Shown: piece by piece, positions 30,118 through 39,978 of the stretch | Numbering within the stretch: the stretch's first letter is position 1 | How the letters are laid out: every line of letters starts with the position of its first letter | Origin: Alphaproteobacteria bacterium | Lineage (GTDB): Bacteria > Pseudomonadota > Alphaproteobacteria > CALKHQ01 | Length of the DNA stretch: 64,000 nucleotides | NCBI GenBank assembly: GCA_965227515.1 | Contig: CBDDFZ010000001.1 | Span: 2,688,001-2,752,000, forward strand | Reading direction: 5' to 3' | Translations under genes and position numbers: made by a program | Notes under the pieces: model-generated | What the model saw: only the letters and a program-made list of their open reading frames with translations | What the model was told of the DNA's origin: nothing | Database searches by the model: none

Positions 30118-30243
30118 CGTCATGCTCGGGCTTGTCCCGCCTGCGTGGCCGAAGCCACTTCGGCGCGGCGAAGGCCCGAGCATCCACGACTTGGCATCGT
30201 CTGCCGCAAGGCGTGGATGCCCGCAACAAGTGCGGGCATGACG
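30118..30243. repeat. GTCAT-type REP-like doublet carrying a nested 39-bp insertion
   Basis: Arms match 33883-33969, with an extra cctgcgtggccgaagccacttcggcgcggcgaagg flanked by CCCG direct repeats. Confidence 0.8.
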
Positions 30244-30270
30244 TGGGAGTGTAAACAGTGGCGCAGAGCA

Positions 30271-31347
30271 TCATCCGGCCTCCAGCACGCCGCGCTTGAT
30301 CTGGTCGCGTTCGATGGACTCGAACAGCGCCTTGAAGTTGCCCTCGCCGAAGCCGTCGTCCTTCTTGCGCTGGATGAACTCGAAGAACACCGGGCCGAGC
30401 AGGGTCTCGGAGAAGATCTGCAACAGCAGGCGCGGGTCGCCCTTCTCGGTCGAGCCATCGAGCAGGATGCCGCGCGCCTTAAGCTCGCCCACCGGCTCGC
30501 CGTGGCCGGGCAGCCGCTCGTCCAGCATCTCGTAGTAGGTGTCGGGCGGCGGCGTCATGAAGCGCATGCCCAGGTCCTTCAGCCGGTCCCAGCACGCCAC
30601 CAGGTCGTCGCAGGCGAGCGCGATGTGCTGGATGCCCTCGCCATTGAAGGCCATCAGGAACTCCTCGATCTGGCCGGTTTCCTTCGACGCCTCCTCGTTC
30701 AGCGGGATGCGGATCTTGCCGTCCGGCGCGGTCATCGCCCGCGATTTCAGGCCCGTGTACTCGCCCTTGATGTCGAAGTAGCGGATCTCGCGGAAGTTGA
30801 AGAGCCGCTCGTAATAGCCGGCCCAGAACGCCATGCGCCCGCGATAGACGTTGTGGGTCAGGTGGTCGAGGGTGTGAAAGCCGCAGCCGGACGGGTGCCG
30901 GTCGGCGCCGTCCAGGTACTCGAAGTCGATGTCGTAGATCGACGAGCCGTCCTCGTAGCGGTCGATCAGATAGATCGGCGCGCCGCCGATGCCCTTGATC
31001 GCCGGCAGGCGCAATTCCATCGGCCCGGTCGGGATCTCGATCGGCTGGGCGCCAAGCTCCAGCGCGCGGTTGTACGCCTTGTGGGCATCGCGTACGCGGA
31101 ACGCCAGCCCGCAGGGGGCCGGGCCATGTTCCTCGGCGAAATAGGCGGCGAGGCTCTTCGGCTCCTCGTTGACGATGAAGTTGATGTCGCCCTGGCGGTA
31201 CAGCTTCACCGCCTTTGAGCGGTGGTTGGCGATGTGGGTGAAGCCCATCGCCTGGAACACCGGCTCAAGCGTGCCGGGCTTGGGGGATGCGAACTCGACG
31301 AACTCGAAGCCGTTCAACCCCATCGGGTTTTCGAACAGGTCGGCCAT
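30271..31347 (-). CDS. hppD: 4-hydroxyphenylpyruvate dioxygenase
   Basis: [33 protein letters not shown] and [23 protein letters not shown]. Confidence 0.97.
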   Translation of the reverse strand: MADLFENPMGLNGFEFVEFASPKPGTLEPVFQAMGFTHIANHRSKAVKLYRQGDINFIVNEEPKSLAAYFAEEHGPAPCGLAFRVRDAHKAYNRALELGAQPIEIPTGPMELRLPAIKGIGGAPIYLIDRYEDGSSIYDIDFEYLDGADRHPSGCGFHTLDHLTHNVYRGRMAFWAGYYERLFNFREIRYFDIKGEYTGLKSRAMTAPDGKIRIPLNEEASKETGQIEEFLMAFNGEGIQHIALACDDLVACWDRLKDLGMRFMTPPPDTYYEMLDERLPGHGEPVGELKARGILLDGSTEKGDPRLLLQIFSETLLGPVFFEFIQRKKDDGFGEGNFKALFESIERDQIKRGVLEAG

Positions 31348-31747
31348 TGTCGTCTCCTGATGCCTGTCGTTTCAGATCGGGGGTGGTCACACCTCCGGAT
31401 CGGGCGGCGCACAGGCGATGCCGCGCGTGGCTTTGGCCAGGCAATCTGCAATCACGAGAAACACGGGCGCTGGGCCCCTTCGGTCATGACGACGATCGCT
31501 CAGATCATAGGGCTTTGGCCGCGGAAGGGAAGCGTCGGCGCATGAGCGCCACCCTGCCGACAACGTTCCGTTATCCCTCCCTCGGCTAGGTCACGCGCGC
31601 GGAAGTTGCCCAATCCATCATCGGGCCATCATCGGGCGCGCGGGCGTCATGGTTTACGAACTGTTACTCGCTTTCATGCAATCTTCACGTGTATTTCCGT
31701 GCTGGAGGTGCGATATGGCCTCTTCAGCTCACAGGTAGGAGCAGCAA

Positions 31748-33844
31748 GTGTCCCCCAATCCATTTGCCACCACCGGTAACGATACCCTGCGCTCGGACGA
31801 CACGGGCGGCTATTTCGAGGTTATTGACGGCTTGGCGGGCGATGACCGCATTTCAGGTCGTGAGAATGGCGACACCCTTATCGGCGGCGATGGCAACGAC
31901 GTCATCGATGGCGGTGATGGCGATGACCTGATCTGGGGTGACGGCGACGATTGGGGAAGCCCGTTTTCGGGTGACGATACGCTGTTCGGCGGTAAGGGCT
32001 TCGATCAGATATTCGGCGGCAACGGCAACGACCAAATCCATGGAGACGAGGGCGGCGATCATCTCTATGGCATCGACGGCGATGACGAGATGTACGGCGA
32101 TGCCGGCGACGACTACATGCGCGGTGGCAGTGGCCTTGACTTCATGTATGGCAACTCCGGCAACGACGCATTGTACGGCGATGCAGATCGAGACAACCTC
32201 TACGGCGAGGATGGCGATGACACGCTGGACGGCGGGCGCGGCAATGACGAGCTTGTAGGCGGCATCGGCGCGGACTTCTTCGACCACGAGGGCATCGGCG
32301 ACCAGGTCACCGAGTTCCAAAACGGCGGCGTCGATATCGTCCTCGACTACAGCTACGCCGATGGCGATGTGGTACGCGGCAACAGTTTCAGCTTCGTCGG
32401 CGGGGACACGCACGTCTTCGACGACCGCGGTAATCTGATCTTCGTCCTGTCAGATTACAATCCCGCCGATGGCATTCGGCTGCGGACGTTCGGTGCCGGC
32501 GAACCCACGGCAAATGCCGATCCGGTCGCTGCAGACGATGCGTTCGTCACCGACCAGGCCGTGTCGGTCGCCGGCAATGTGCTGGCGGACAACGGCTTTG
32601 GTGTCGACAGTGACCCCAATGGCGATCCGCTGAGCGTTATTGCGGCGAGCTTCGTCACATCCAATGGCGGCACTGTCGCGCTGCTCGCCGACGGCAGCTT
32701 CAGCTATGCACCGTTGGCCGGCTTCGTCGGCGCGGACAGCTTCGACTACACGCTCGAGGACGGCGAAGGCGGCAGCGACACCGGCACCGTCACGATCACC
32801 GTCGAGGCCGTTGCGACTAACAACGATCCGGTGGCCGCCGACGATATTTTCACCGTTACGTCCGGCTACTCATTTTCGGGCAATGTGCTGGCCGACAATG
32901 GCAATGGCGCCGACAGCGATCCCGATGGCGACACGCTCAGCGTGGTTGCGGCCGACACGCCTACCGACAGTGACGCGTACTTCGAACTGGCCGCGGACGG
33001 CAGCTTCTACATCGACCTCGGCGAAACCGGCGATTACACCGGCACCATCACTGTCGATTACACGCTCCTGGACGGCCAGGGCGGCAGCGACACCGGTACC
33101 GTGACGATCGAGATCACGGAATTTGATCCCACCGCCTTCGGCACACCCGGCGATGACAGCATGACGGGGACGTCGGCCGACGACACCATGGATGGGCTCG
33201 CCGGCAACGACACGATCATCGGCCTGGACGGTGCAGATACCATCTGGGGCGGCGAGGGCGACGACCTGATCTGGGGCGATGCCGACGATTGGGGCAGCGC
33301 CACCGGTGGGAACGACATTCTGTTGGGCGGCGGCGGTTTCGACCGCATCTTCGGCGGCGAGGGCGCCGACATCATCCGCGGCGGCGAGGGCGGCGACCAC
33401 CTCTACGGCATCAATGGCGACGACCTGCTGTTCGGCGATGAGGGCGACGACTACATGCGCGGGGGCAGCGGCGGCGACCATATGCAGGGCGGCGCCGGCA
33501 ATGACGGGCTCTACGGCGATGGCGACCGCGACGACCTCTATGGCGAGGACGGCGACGACATCCTGGACGGCGGGCGTGGCATCGACAATCTGGAGGGCGG
33601 AGCGGGCGCCGACTTCTTCGACCATGAGGGCATCGGCGACCAGGTCACCGATTTCCGCAACGGCGGTGTCGACTGGATCGTCGACTACAGCTTCGCCGAG
33701 GGCGACACCGTGCGCGGCGACAGCTACGCGGTCATCGGTTTCGACACCCATGTGTTCGACGACCAGGGCAATCTGATCTTCGATATCTCGGGTTATGACG
33801 CCGACGCCGACGGCATCGCGCTGGTACCGTTCGCGACGAGTTAG
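31748..33844 (+). CDS. RTX Ca2+-binding secreted protein: RTX block, two cadherin-like Ig domains, duplicated RTX block
   Basis: Many GGxGxD nonapeptides in two paralogous blocks; two PVAADD...GNVLADNG.G.DSDP.GD.L Ig domains; GTG start follows AGGAG; no Sec signal. Confidence 0.9.
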   Translation: MSPNPFATTGNDTLRSDDTGGYFEVIDGLAGDDRISGRENGDTLIGGDGNDVIDGGDGDDLIWGDGDDWGSPFSGDDTLFGGKGFDQIFGGNGNDQIHGDEGGDHLYGIDGDDEMYGDAGDDYMRGGSGLDFMYGNSGNDALYGDADRDNLYGEDGDDTLDGGRGNDELVGGIGADFFDHEGIGDQVTEFQNGGVDIVLDYSYADGDVVRGNSFSFVGGDTHVFDDRGNLIFVLSDYNPADGIRLRTFGAGEPTANADPVAADDAFVTDQAVSVAGNVLADNGFGVDSDPNGDPLSVIAASFVTSNGGTVALLADGSFSYAPLAGFVGADSFDYTLEDGEGGSDTGTVTITVEAVATNNDPVAADDIFTVTSGYSFSGNVLADNGNGADSDPDGDTLSVVAADTPTDSDAYFELAADGSFYIDLGETGDYTGTITVDYTLLDGQGGSDTGTVTIEITEFDPTAFGTPGDDSMTGTSADDTMDGLAGNDTIIGLDGADTIWGGEGDDLIWGDADDWGSATGGNDILLGGGGFDRIFGGEGADIIRGGEGGDHLYGINGDDLLFGDEGDDYMRGGSGGDHMQGGAGNDGLYGDGDRDDLYGEDGDDILDGGRGIDNLEGGAGADFFDHEGIGDQVTDFRNGGVDWIVDYSFAEGDTVRGDSYAVIGFDTHVFDDQGNLIFDISGYDADADGIALVPFATS

Positions 33845-33882
33845 GGGCCGGGGCTAGCTCCTGGCTTGACGGAAAACCCAAT

Positions 33883-33969
33883 CGTCATGCTCGGGCTTGT
33901 CCCGAGCATCCACGTCTTTGCAACGACTGCCGCAAGGCGTGGATGCCCGCAACAAGTGCGGGCATGACG
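33883..33969. repeat. GTCAT-type REP-like palindromic doublet
   Basis: cgtcatgctcgggcttgtcccgagcatccacg...cgtggatgcccgcaacaagtgcgggcatgacg between convergent genes. Confidence 0.8.
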
Positions 33970-34025
33970 GTGGAAGGTGGGGCTCTATCGAGCGCGGCGA
34001 CGACGGATAGAAGCTCGATCCACCC

Positions 34026-37000
34026 CTACGCCACGTTGACCGAGACCGTGACCACGTCGGTGTCCGTTCCGTCGGTGATCTGGTAGCTGAAGCTGTCGGA
34101 CCCGGTGTAGCCGCTGTCAGGCGTGTACTGCCAGATGCCGGTGGTCGGGTCGATGCTGGCGGTGCCGTTCGACGCCGTGCCCGACACGCTGAAGGTCAGC
34201 GGGTCGCCATCGGCATCGTTGGCGGTCACCCGCCCGTCCAGCGTGCCGTCCTGCGCCATGGAGTAGCTGGTGGTCGACGCCCAGGTCGGACCGCCATTGA
34301 CGGTCGCGCTTGAGCCGCCGGCAACCGCGTTGGCCAGCGTCGAGCCGCTGCCCTCGTCCATGTGCCAGTTGGCCACCAGGCCGTCCTCATCGCCCTCAAG
34401 TTGGCGGGCCAGGTTGTTGGAGATCTCCGCCGCATCGCGCGCCGTGTCCCACAGCCGTACGTCCGCGATTGCGCCGCCGAAGAAGTCGCCTGTCGCCAGC
34501 AGGCCCTGGTCGGCGCCGATCAGCATGCTGTCGCCGCTGTCGATGCCGTCGCTGTCGGTGGTGAACAGGTTGTCGCTCACCGAACCGTAGCCGTTGGTCC
34601 AGCCGGCGGCGCTGCCGTTCAGGTAACCGGTCACGCTGCTGGCGTTGGTGCCGGCCTCCTGGTCGATCACCATGCCGACGTGGTACCAGCCCGGCTGGGC
34701 GAGGTCGATCTGGGTCGCGGCCTGGTAGTTCTCGCCGCCCAGGGTGGCGCTCGTCGCGCGCAGCACCAGCGTGCCGTCCTCGATGGTGATGCGGTAGCCC
34801 TCGTCGGAGAGCAGGGTGCCGCCCTTGGAGAGCACCGTCTGGGTGCCGCCCGACCCGTCATAGTAGAACCACGCCTCGACCGTGAAGTCGCCGGTGCCGG
34901 GGTCGTGCGCACCGCCGGCCTGGCCGGCGTCGACATAGTCTGCGCTGCCATCCAGGTCCAGCATGCTGGTCCAGGCGGCGACCGGGGCGGCGTTGCCGCT
35001 GCTCGCGGCGGCGTCGAACTGGCGCCCGACAATGCCCGCACCGTCGCCGTCCTGTGCGTCGCTCTCCCACGCCGCGACCACGCTGCCGGTGCTAAGCGTG
35101 GCCAGGCTGATGTCGCCTTCGTTGTTCGCGGTCGTGCTGTTGATCGCGAACTCGGCGCCGACCCTGTCGCCATCGCTGTTGAAGCGCTGGGCATAGATGC
35201 CTTCGCCCGCTCCGTCCTGGCCGGTGGACTGCCAGGCGACCAGGAAGCCGCCGTCCGACAGCGCGACCACGGTCGCGGCGCCCTGGTCGCCATTGGTCTC
35301 TGTATTGACCTGGAACTCGAACTCGACCGGATTGCCGGACGTGTCGAAGCGTTGGGCGAAAACGCCGGACCCGCTGCCGTCCTGGCCGGCGGACGACCAG
35401 ACCACGACGAAGCCGCTGTCCAGGGCCGCGACGGCGGGTTCGTCCTGTGCGCCGGTCTCGGTGGTGTTGACCTGGAACTCCGCGCCCTGCGCCACGCCCG
35501 CCGCGTCGTAGCGCTGCGCGAACACGCCCCGGTCATCGGCGTCCTGGTTCTGCGACTGCCAGACGACGACAAACCCACCGTCCGACGTGCCGACCACCCG
35601 CGAATTGTACTGCTGGTTGTCGGTGGTCGAGTTGATCAGGAACTCGGTGCCCGCCGGGTTGCCGCTGGCGTCGTAGCGCTGGCCGTAGACGCCGGTCGCG
35701 CTGCCGTCCTGGTTCTGGGACTCCCAGGTCACCACGAACCCGCCGCCATCCAGGGCTGCGATGTCCGGGTTCTCCTGCATATTGAAGGTCTCGGTGTTGA
35801 CCTGGAATTCCGCGCCGGCCGGATTGCCGCTGGCGTCGTAGCGCTGGCCGAAGATACCGGCGTTGTTGCCGTCTTGATTCATCGACGTCCAGACCACGGC
35901 AAAGCCACCATCGGCCAGGGCGACGACCATGGCATCGTCCTGTGCGTTCGCGGTCTCCGTGTTGACCTGGATCTCGCCGCCGATGGCAGTGCCGCTGGCG
36001 TCATAGCGCTGGGCGAAGACGCCCTGGTTGCTGCCGTCCTGGCCGTTGCTATCCCACACCACGACATAGCCACCGTCATTGAGCGCGGCAATCGAGGGAT
36101 TGGCCTGGTCGTTCGCGGTGGTCGTGTTGACCAGGAACTCCGACCCACCGGTGAAATCGGTGGTCTCGGACTGGGCCACGACGGTGATCGAGGCGCTCTC
36201 GATGGCGCTGGAAAACAGGGTGCCGGTGGTGGTGTCAACCGGGCCCTCGCCGCTGGAGCCGAGCGACTGGTCCCACGCCTTGTAGCTGAAGGTGGCGGTG
36301 CCGTTGTAGTCGGCATCGGGCACGAAGCGGATGACCGCGGCCCCGTCCAGCAGATAGGCGGAGGTCGGATCGACCGCGCCGAACGCGCTGAACGTCGCCC
36401 CGCCGTCAGTGGAGTATTCCCAGGTGCCGTTGGCATCGTCGACACCCACGACGGCGATGCCCACGGCCACGGCGCCGTCGATATCGGTGATCGAGCCGTC
36501 GACCACGATGGACGAGACCGTGTCGCCGGCCGGCGCGGTGGTGTCCTCGGCAATGGCGCTCAGCACCGGGTTGCCGGCGGTGTCCAGCACAGGGGCGTCA
36601 TTGGCCGCGGTGACAGTGACGCTGGCGGTTTCGGTGGCCGCGGAGAACGCGGAGTTGCCGACGGTGTAGACCCCGGTGGCTCCGCTGGCCCCGGTGGACT
36701 GGTCCCACGCCTTGAAGGCAAACGTGGCGTCGCCGTTGTAGTCGGCGTCGGGGACGAAGCGAATCTGCGCGGTGCCGTCCAGCAGCAGCGCCGAGCTGGC
36801 GCTGACCGGACCGATGGCGGCAAACGTGGCACCCCCGTCGGTCGAGTACTGCCAGGTGCCGTTTGTGTCGTCGACACCAGTGATGGCGATGGCCTCGGCC
36901 ACCGCGCCATCCGGGTCGGTCATGGAACCGTCGGTCACGATGTCGGCGACGCTGTCGCCGGCCGGCGCAACCGCGTCCTCGGCGATGGCGGTCAGGACCG

Positions 37001-39737
37001 GCGTGCCCGACGTGTCCAGAACGGGTGCATTGTTGCCCGGATCGATGGTGATCGACGCGGTCTCCGCCAGCACCGAGAAGGCGGTGCCCAGGGTGGTGTC
37101 GACGCCGGTGTCGCCGGGCGAGCCGGCGCTCTGGTCCCACGCCTTGTAGGTGAAGGTGGAGGTGCCGTTGTAGCCCGGGTCCGGGACGAAGCGGATCAGG
37201 GCTGTCGCGTCCAGCAGCAGGGCCGCATTGTCGCTGACCGGACCGATGCTCGCGAACGTTGTCCCCCCGTCGGTGGAGTACTCCCAGGTGCCGTTGGCAT
37301 CGTCGACGCCGGTCACCGCGATGGCCTCTGCGACCGCGCCGTCGACGTCGCTGATCGAGCCGTCGGTGACGATGCTGGCCACGCTGTCCCCGGTGGGGGC
37401 GGCGCTGTCTTGCGCGATGGCGGTCAGGGTCGGCGTGTCGGAGATGTCCAGCACCGGCGCGTCGGCGCCCGGTGTCACGGTCAGCGTCGCGGTCTCGCTG
37501 GCGAACGAGAACGCATCGCCGATGGTGGTGTTGACGCCGTTGTCGCCGTTGCTGCCGGTCGACTGGTCCCAGGCCTTGTAGGTGAAGCTGGCGGTGCCGT
37601 TGTAGTCGGCATCGGGCACGAACCGCACCATGGCGCTGGCGTCCAGCAACAGAGCCGAACTCGCGCTGACCGGGCCGATGGCCGCGAAGGTCGTGCCCCC
37701 GTCGGTGGAGTACTGCCAGGTGCCGTTGGTGTCGTCGACGCCGGTGATGGCAATGGCTTCGGCAACCGCGCCGTCCGCATCGCTGATCGAGCCGTCGACC
37801 ACGATGTCGGCCACCGTGTCGCCGGCGGACGACACCGCATCCTCTGCGATGGCGGTCAGGTTCGGCGTGCCGGAATTGTCCAGCACCGGGGCGTCGGCCA
37901 CCGGGGTGACGACGATGGAGGCGGTCTCACTGGCGGCGGAGAACGCGGTGCCCGACGTCGTGTCGACGCCGGTGTCGCCGTTGCTGCCGGTCGACTGGTC
38001 CCAGGCCTTGTAGGTGAAGGTCGCGGTGCCGTTGTAGTCGGCATCCGGCACGAACCGGACCATGGCGGACGCGTCCAGCAACAACGCGGAATTGGCGCTG
38101 ACCGGGCCGATGGCCGCGAAGGTCGTGCCACCATCGGTGGAGTACTGCCAGGTGCCGTTGCTGTCGTCGACACTGGTGACCGCGATGGCTTCGGCAACCG
38201 CGCCGTCGGCGTCGGTGATCGAGCCGTCGACCACCAGCGCACCCACGGTCATGGCGCCCGACGCGCCGGCATCCTCGGCGACGGCGGTCAGGGCAGGCGC
38301 GCCCGAGTTGTCGAGCACCGGGGCGGTGTTGGTGGGTGTCGGCGCAGGCGGTGGCGGCGGCGTGTCGTCCTCGGCAGCGGCAACTTCGGCTTCGTCGTCC
38401 TCATCGTCCTGGGTGACGACAGGTGCTGGCGCTTCGTCGTTTGCGGCCGGCGCGAGCGTCACGGCCGGCGCCTCTTCAGCCGCGGCCTCCTCGGCCTTGG
38501 CCTCCTCGGCGGCTTCTGCCTTGCGGGTCTCTGTCACCGCCTCCTGGAAGGTGCGGGTGGCCGGCTTCTCTGCCGGCGGCGCCACGTCGTCGACCCTGGG
38601 AGTCCTGAAACCGCTGCCGCCGTCGTCGGCCGGGCCGAGGTTGAGGTCGATGCCCTCGGTGGGCGAGGTGCGGTTCTCGTTCCCGGGCTTCGGCGTCGCC
38701 GACGGCAGGATGGTCAGCGCCGACGAGAAGTAGTTGTGCATGGCGTCCGACGACAGCTCGATCGGCTCGCGCGGGCTGGCAGCGCGGCTGTAGGACTCGA
38801 CCATCAGGTTGGCGTCGGTGATCAGGTACTGGCCGCCGTCGGTGGAGACCATGATCTTGCCGACGGTGCCGTCGTCCTCGGCCAGTAGCGCCACCCGGCT
38901 GGTCTCGCCCTCGGCGGCGGCGAAGCCGGCCACCTTGGTGCCGCGCACACCGATGGTCATCGTCGGCAGCTCGATCTGCAGCGAGTCCTCATGCGCCTTC
39001 GCCGCCCGGCCGCTGACGAAGGAGAACGCGCCCTGCACGACCGACAGCAGGCCGCCGCCATCGCCGGACTCGGCGTCGTAGTGGAAATCCTCCAGCACCA
39101 TGCGGGCGTCGTTGCCGAGCGAGAACGACATGCCGTCGACGAAGCGCAGGCCCAGGCTGCCGTCGGCGCCGGTGACGACGATGTCGTCCTGCAGCACCGG
39201 CGTGCCGATTTCGAGCTGCACGCGCGACCCGTCGAAGCGGATCACCCAGACGTCGCCCACCACGTCCTCGACCTGGGCGATCGGCGTGTCCAGGTCGGTC
39301 TGGCTGGCGTCGCGCTCCGCGGTGGCGATGTCGGTGTTGAATGCGCTGCTTTCGCGCGGTGCACCATCGCCGCTGTAGCCGTGCTCCTGGGCGTAGCGCT
39401 CCTCATTGGTCATCGGCTCGACGCGCGCTTCCATGACAGGCGCGTCGCGGCTGGTGTCCGGCCCGGCCAGGATGCCGATGGTCCGGCCTGGCAATACCGC
39501 ACCGCCCAGCGCGAGGTCGGCCGGCGATGCGGACTCGAAATAGCCGACGATGCGCGCCATCGGACCGTCGGGGCCAACCACGACAAGATCCCCACCATCG
39601 CGCACGAAATCGGCCCTCAGCAGGCTGTCGGGGTCGCCCGGCACATCGATGCGCCCGGCCACACCTGCGGCGTCGATGGTTGGAATGTCAGCAATCTCTC
39701 CAAGGGAAAGGTTAGGAGAGTCGGTCGTGCCAGCCAT
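34026..39737 (-). CDS. Giant repetitive surface protein/adhesin: BapA-prefix-like domain, FecR domain, 5 cadherin-like repeats, 7 EFxVN repeats, LamG, Ig
   Basis: 1903 aa; LLRADFVRDGGDL..GYF; FecR-like stretch (GDV..IRFDG...D.VVTG..G.L.F.DG....LG...GAF.FVSG...TIGVRGT); APVLD repeats; EF(Q/L)VN repeats; LDLDG..DY/FTVEAW/DVRLW LamG motifs; C-terminal D.DGDPL/YTP..GY.G.DSF Ig domain. Confidence 0.9.
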   Translation of the reverse strand: MAGTTDSPNLSLGEIADIPTIDAAGVAGRIDVPGDPDSLLRADFVRDGGDLVVVGPDGPMARIVGYFESASPADLALGGAVLPGRTIGILAGPDTSRDAPVMEARVEPMTNEERYAQEHGYSGDGAPRESSAFNTDIATAERDASQTDLDTPIAQVEDVVGDVWVIRFDGSRVQLEIGTPVLQDDIVVTGADGSLGLRFVDGMSFSLGNDARMVLEDFHYDAESGDGGGLLSVVQGAFSFVSGRAAKAHEDSLQIELPTMTIGVRGTKVAGFAAAEGETSRVALLAEDDGTVGKIMVSTDGGQYLITDANLMVESYSRAASPREPIELSSDAMHNYFSSALTILPSATPKPGNENRTSPTEGIDLNLGPADDGGSGFRTPRVDDVAPPAEKPATRTFQEAVTETRKAEAAEEAKAEEAAAEEAPAVTLAPAANDEAPAPVVTQDDEDDEAEVAAAEDDTPPPPPAPTPTNTAPVLDNSGAPALTAVAEDAGASGAMTVGALVVDGSITDADGAVAEAIAVTSVDDSNGTWQYSTDGGTTFAAIGPVSANSALLLDASAMVRFVPDADYNGTATFTYKAWDQSTGSNGDTGVDTTSGTAFSAASETASIVVTPVADAPVLDNSGTPNLTAIAEDAVSSAGDTVADIVVDGSISDADGAVAEAIAITGVDDTNGTWQYSTDGGTTFAAIGPVSASSALLLDASAMVRFVPDADYNGTASFTYKAWDQSTGSNGDNGVNTTIGDAFSFASETATLTVTPGADAPVLDISDTPTLTAIAQDSAAPTGDSVASIVTDGSISDVDGAVAEAIAVTGVDDANGTWEYSTDGGTTFASIGPVSDNAALLLDATALIRFVPDPGYNGTSTFTYKAWDQSAGSPGDTGVDTTLGTAFSVLAETASITIDPGNNAPVLDTSGTPVLTAIAEDAVAPAGDSVADIVTDGSMTDPDGAVAEAIAITGVDDTNGTWQYSTDGGATFAAIGPVSASSALLLDGTAQIRFVPDADYNGDATFAFKAWDQSTGASGATGVYTVGNSAFSAATETASVTVTAANDAPVLDTAGNPVLSAIAEDTTAPAGDTVSSIVVDGSITDIDGAVAVGIAVVGVDDANGTWEYSTDGGATFSAFGAVDPTSAYLLDGAAVIRFVPDADYNGTATFSYKAWDQSLGSSGEGPVDTTTGTLFSSAIESASITVVAQSETTDFTGGSEFLVNTTTANDQANPSIAALNDGGYVVVWDSNGQDGSNQGVFAQRYDASGTAIGGEIQVNTETANAQDDAMVVALADGGFAVVWTSMNQDGNNAGIFGQRYDASGNPAGAEFQVNTETFNMQENPDIAALDGGGFVVTWESQNQDGSATGVYGQRYDASGNPAGTEFLINSTTDNQQYNSRVVGTSDGGFVVVWQSQNQDADDRGVFAQRYDAAGVAQGAEFQVNTTETGAQDEPAVAALDSGFVVVWSSAGQDGSGSGVFAQRFDTSGNPVEFEFQVNTETNGDQGAATVVALSDGGFLVAWQSTGQDGAGEGIYAQRFNSDGDRVGAEFAINSTTANNEGDISLATLSTGSVVAAWESDAQDGDGAGIVGRQFDAAASSGNAAPVAAWTSMLDLDGSADYVDAGQAGGAHDPGTGDFTVEAWFYYDGSGGTQTVLSKGGTLLSDEGYRITIEDGTLVLRATSATLGGENYQAATQIDLAQPGWYHVGMVIDQEAGTNASSVTGYLNGSAAGWTNGYGSVSDNLFTTDSDGIDSGDSMLIGADQGLLATGDFFGGAIADVRLWDTARDAAEISNNLARQLEGDEDGLVANWHMDEGSGSTLANAVAGGSSATVNGGPTWASTTSYSMAQDGTLDGRVTANDADGDPLTFSVSGTASNGTASIDPTTGIWQYTPDSGYTGSDSFSYQITDGTDTDVVTVSVNVA
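36175..38330 (-). repeat. Five tandem 432-bp (144-aa) intragenic repeats
   Basis: The APVLD codons start at 38324, 37892, 37460, 37028 and 36596 on the minus strand, an exact 432-bp period. Confidence 0.9.
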
Positions 39738-39978
39738 TACTATCGTTCCACTGCAGAAGTTCTCGTTGGAAAAAATTTATTTTATGAAAGTCAATCGGGA
39801 ATTAACATTTGTGGTGGATAATTTATTTACGTTTCGACGTTTAATCTAATTTTAGCGAAAACCGAGGCATATCGGCATGCCGCGCAGAGGTGCTTCGCGG
39901 CAGGAACTGAGAGACAAGATTCCGGAAAATGTTGCCAACGTTCGGCACATCGCGGCGGCCCTGGGATCGCCCTGAGCC

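Noticed and set aside
36175-38330. Regular repeats as a possible CRISPR array
   Set aside because: They are 432-bp in-frame coding repeats, with no spacers and no cas genes.
34362-38888. 1508-aa + strand ORF
   Set aside because: Antisense shadow of the adhesin, caused by high GC3; no recognisable motifs.
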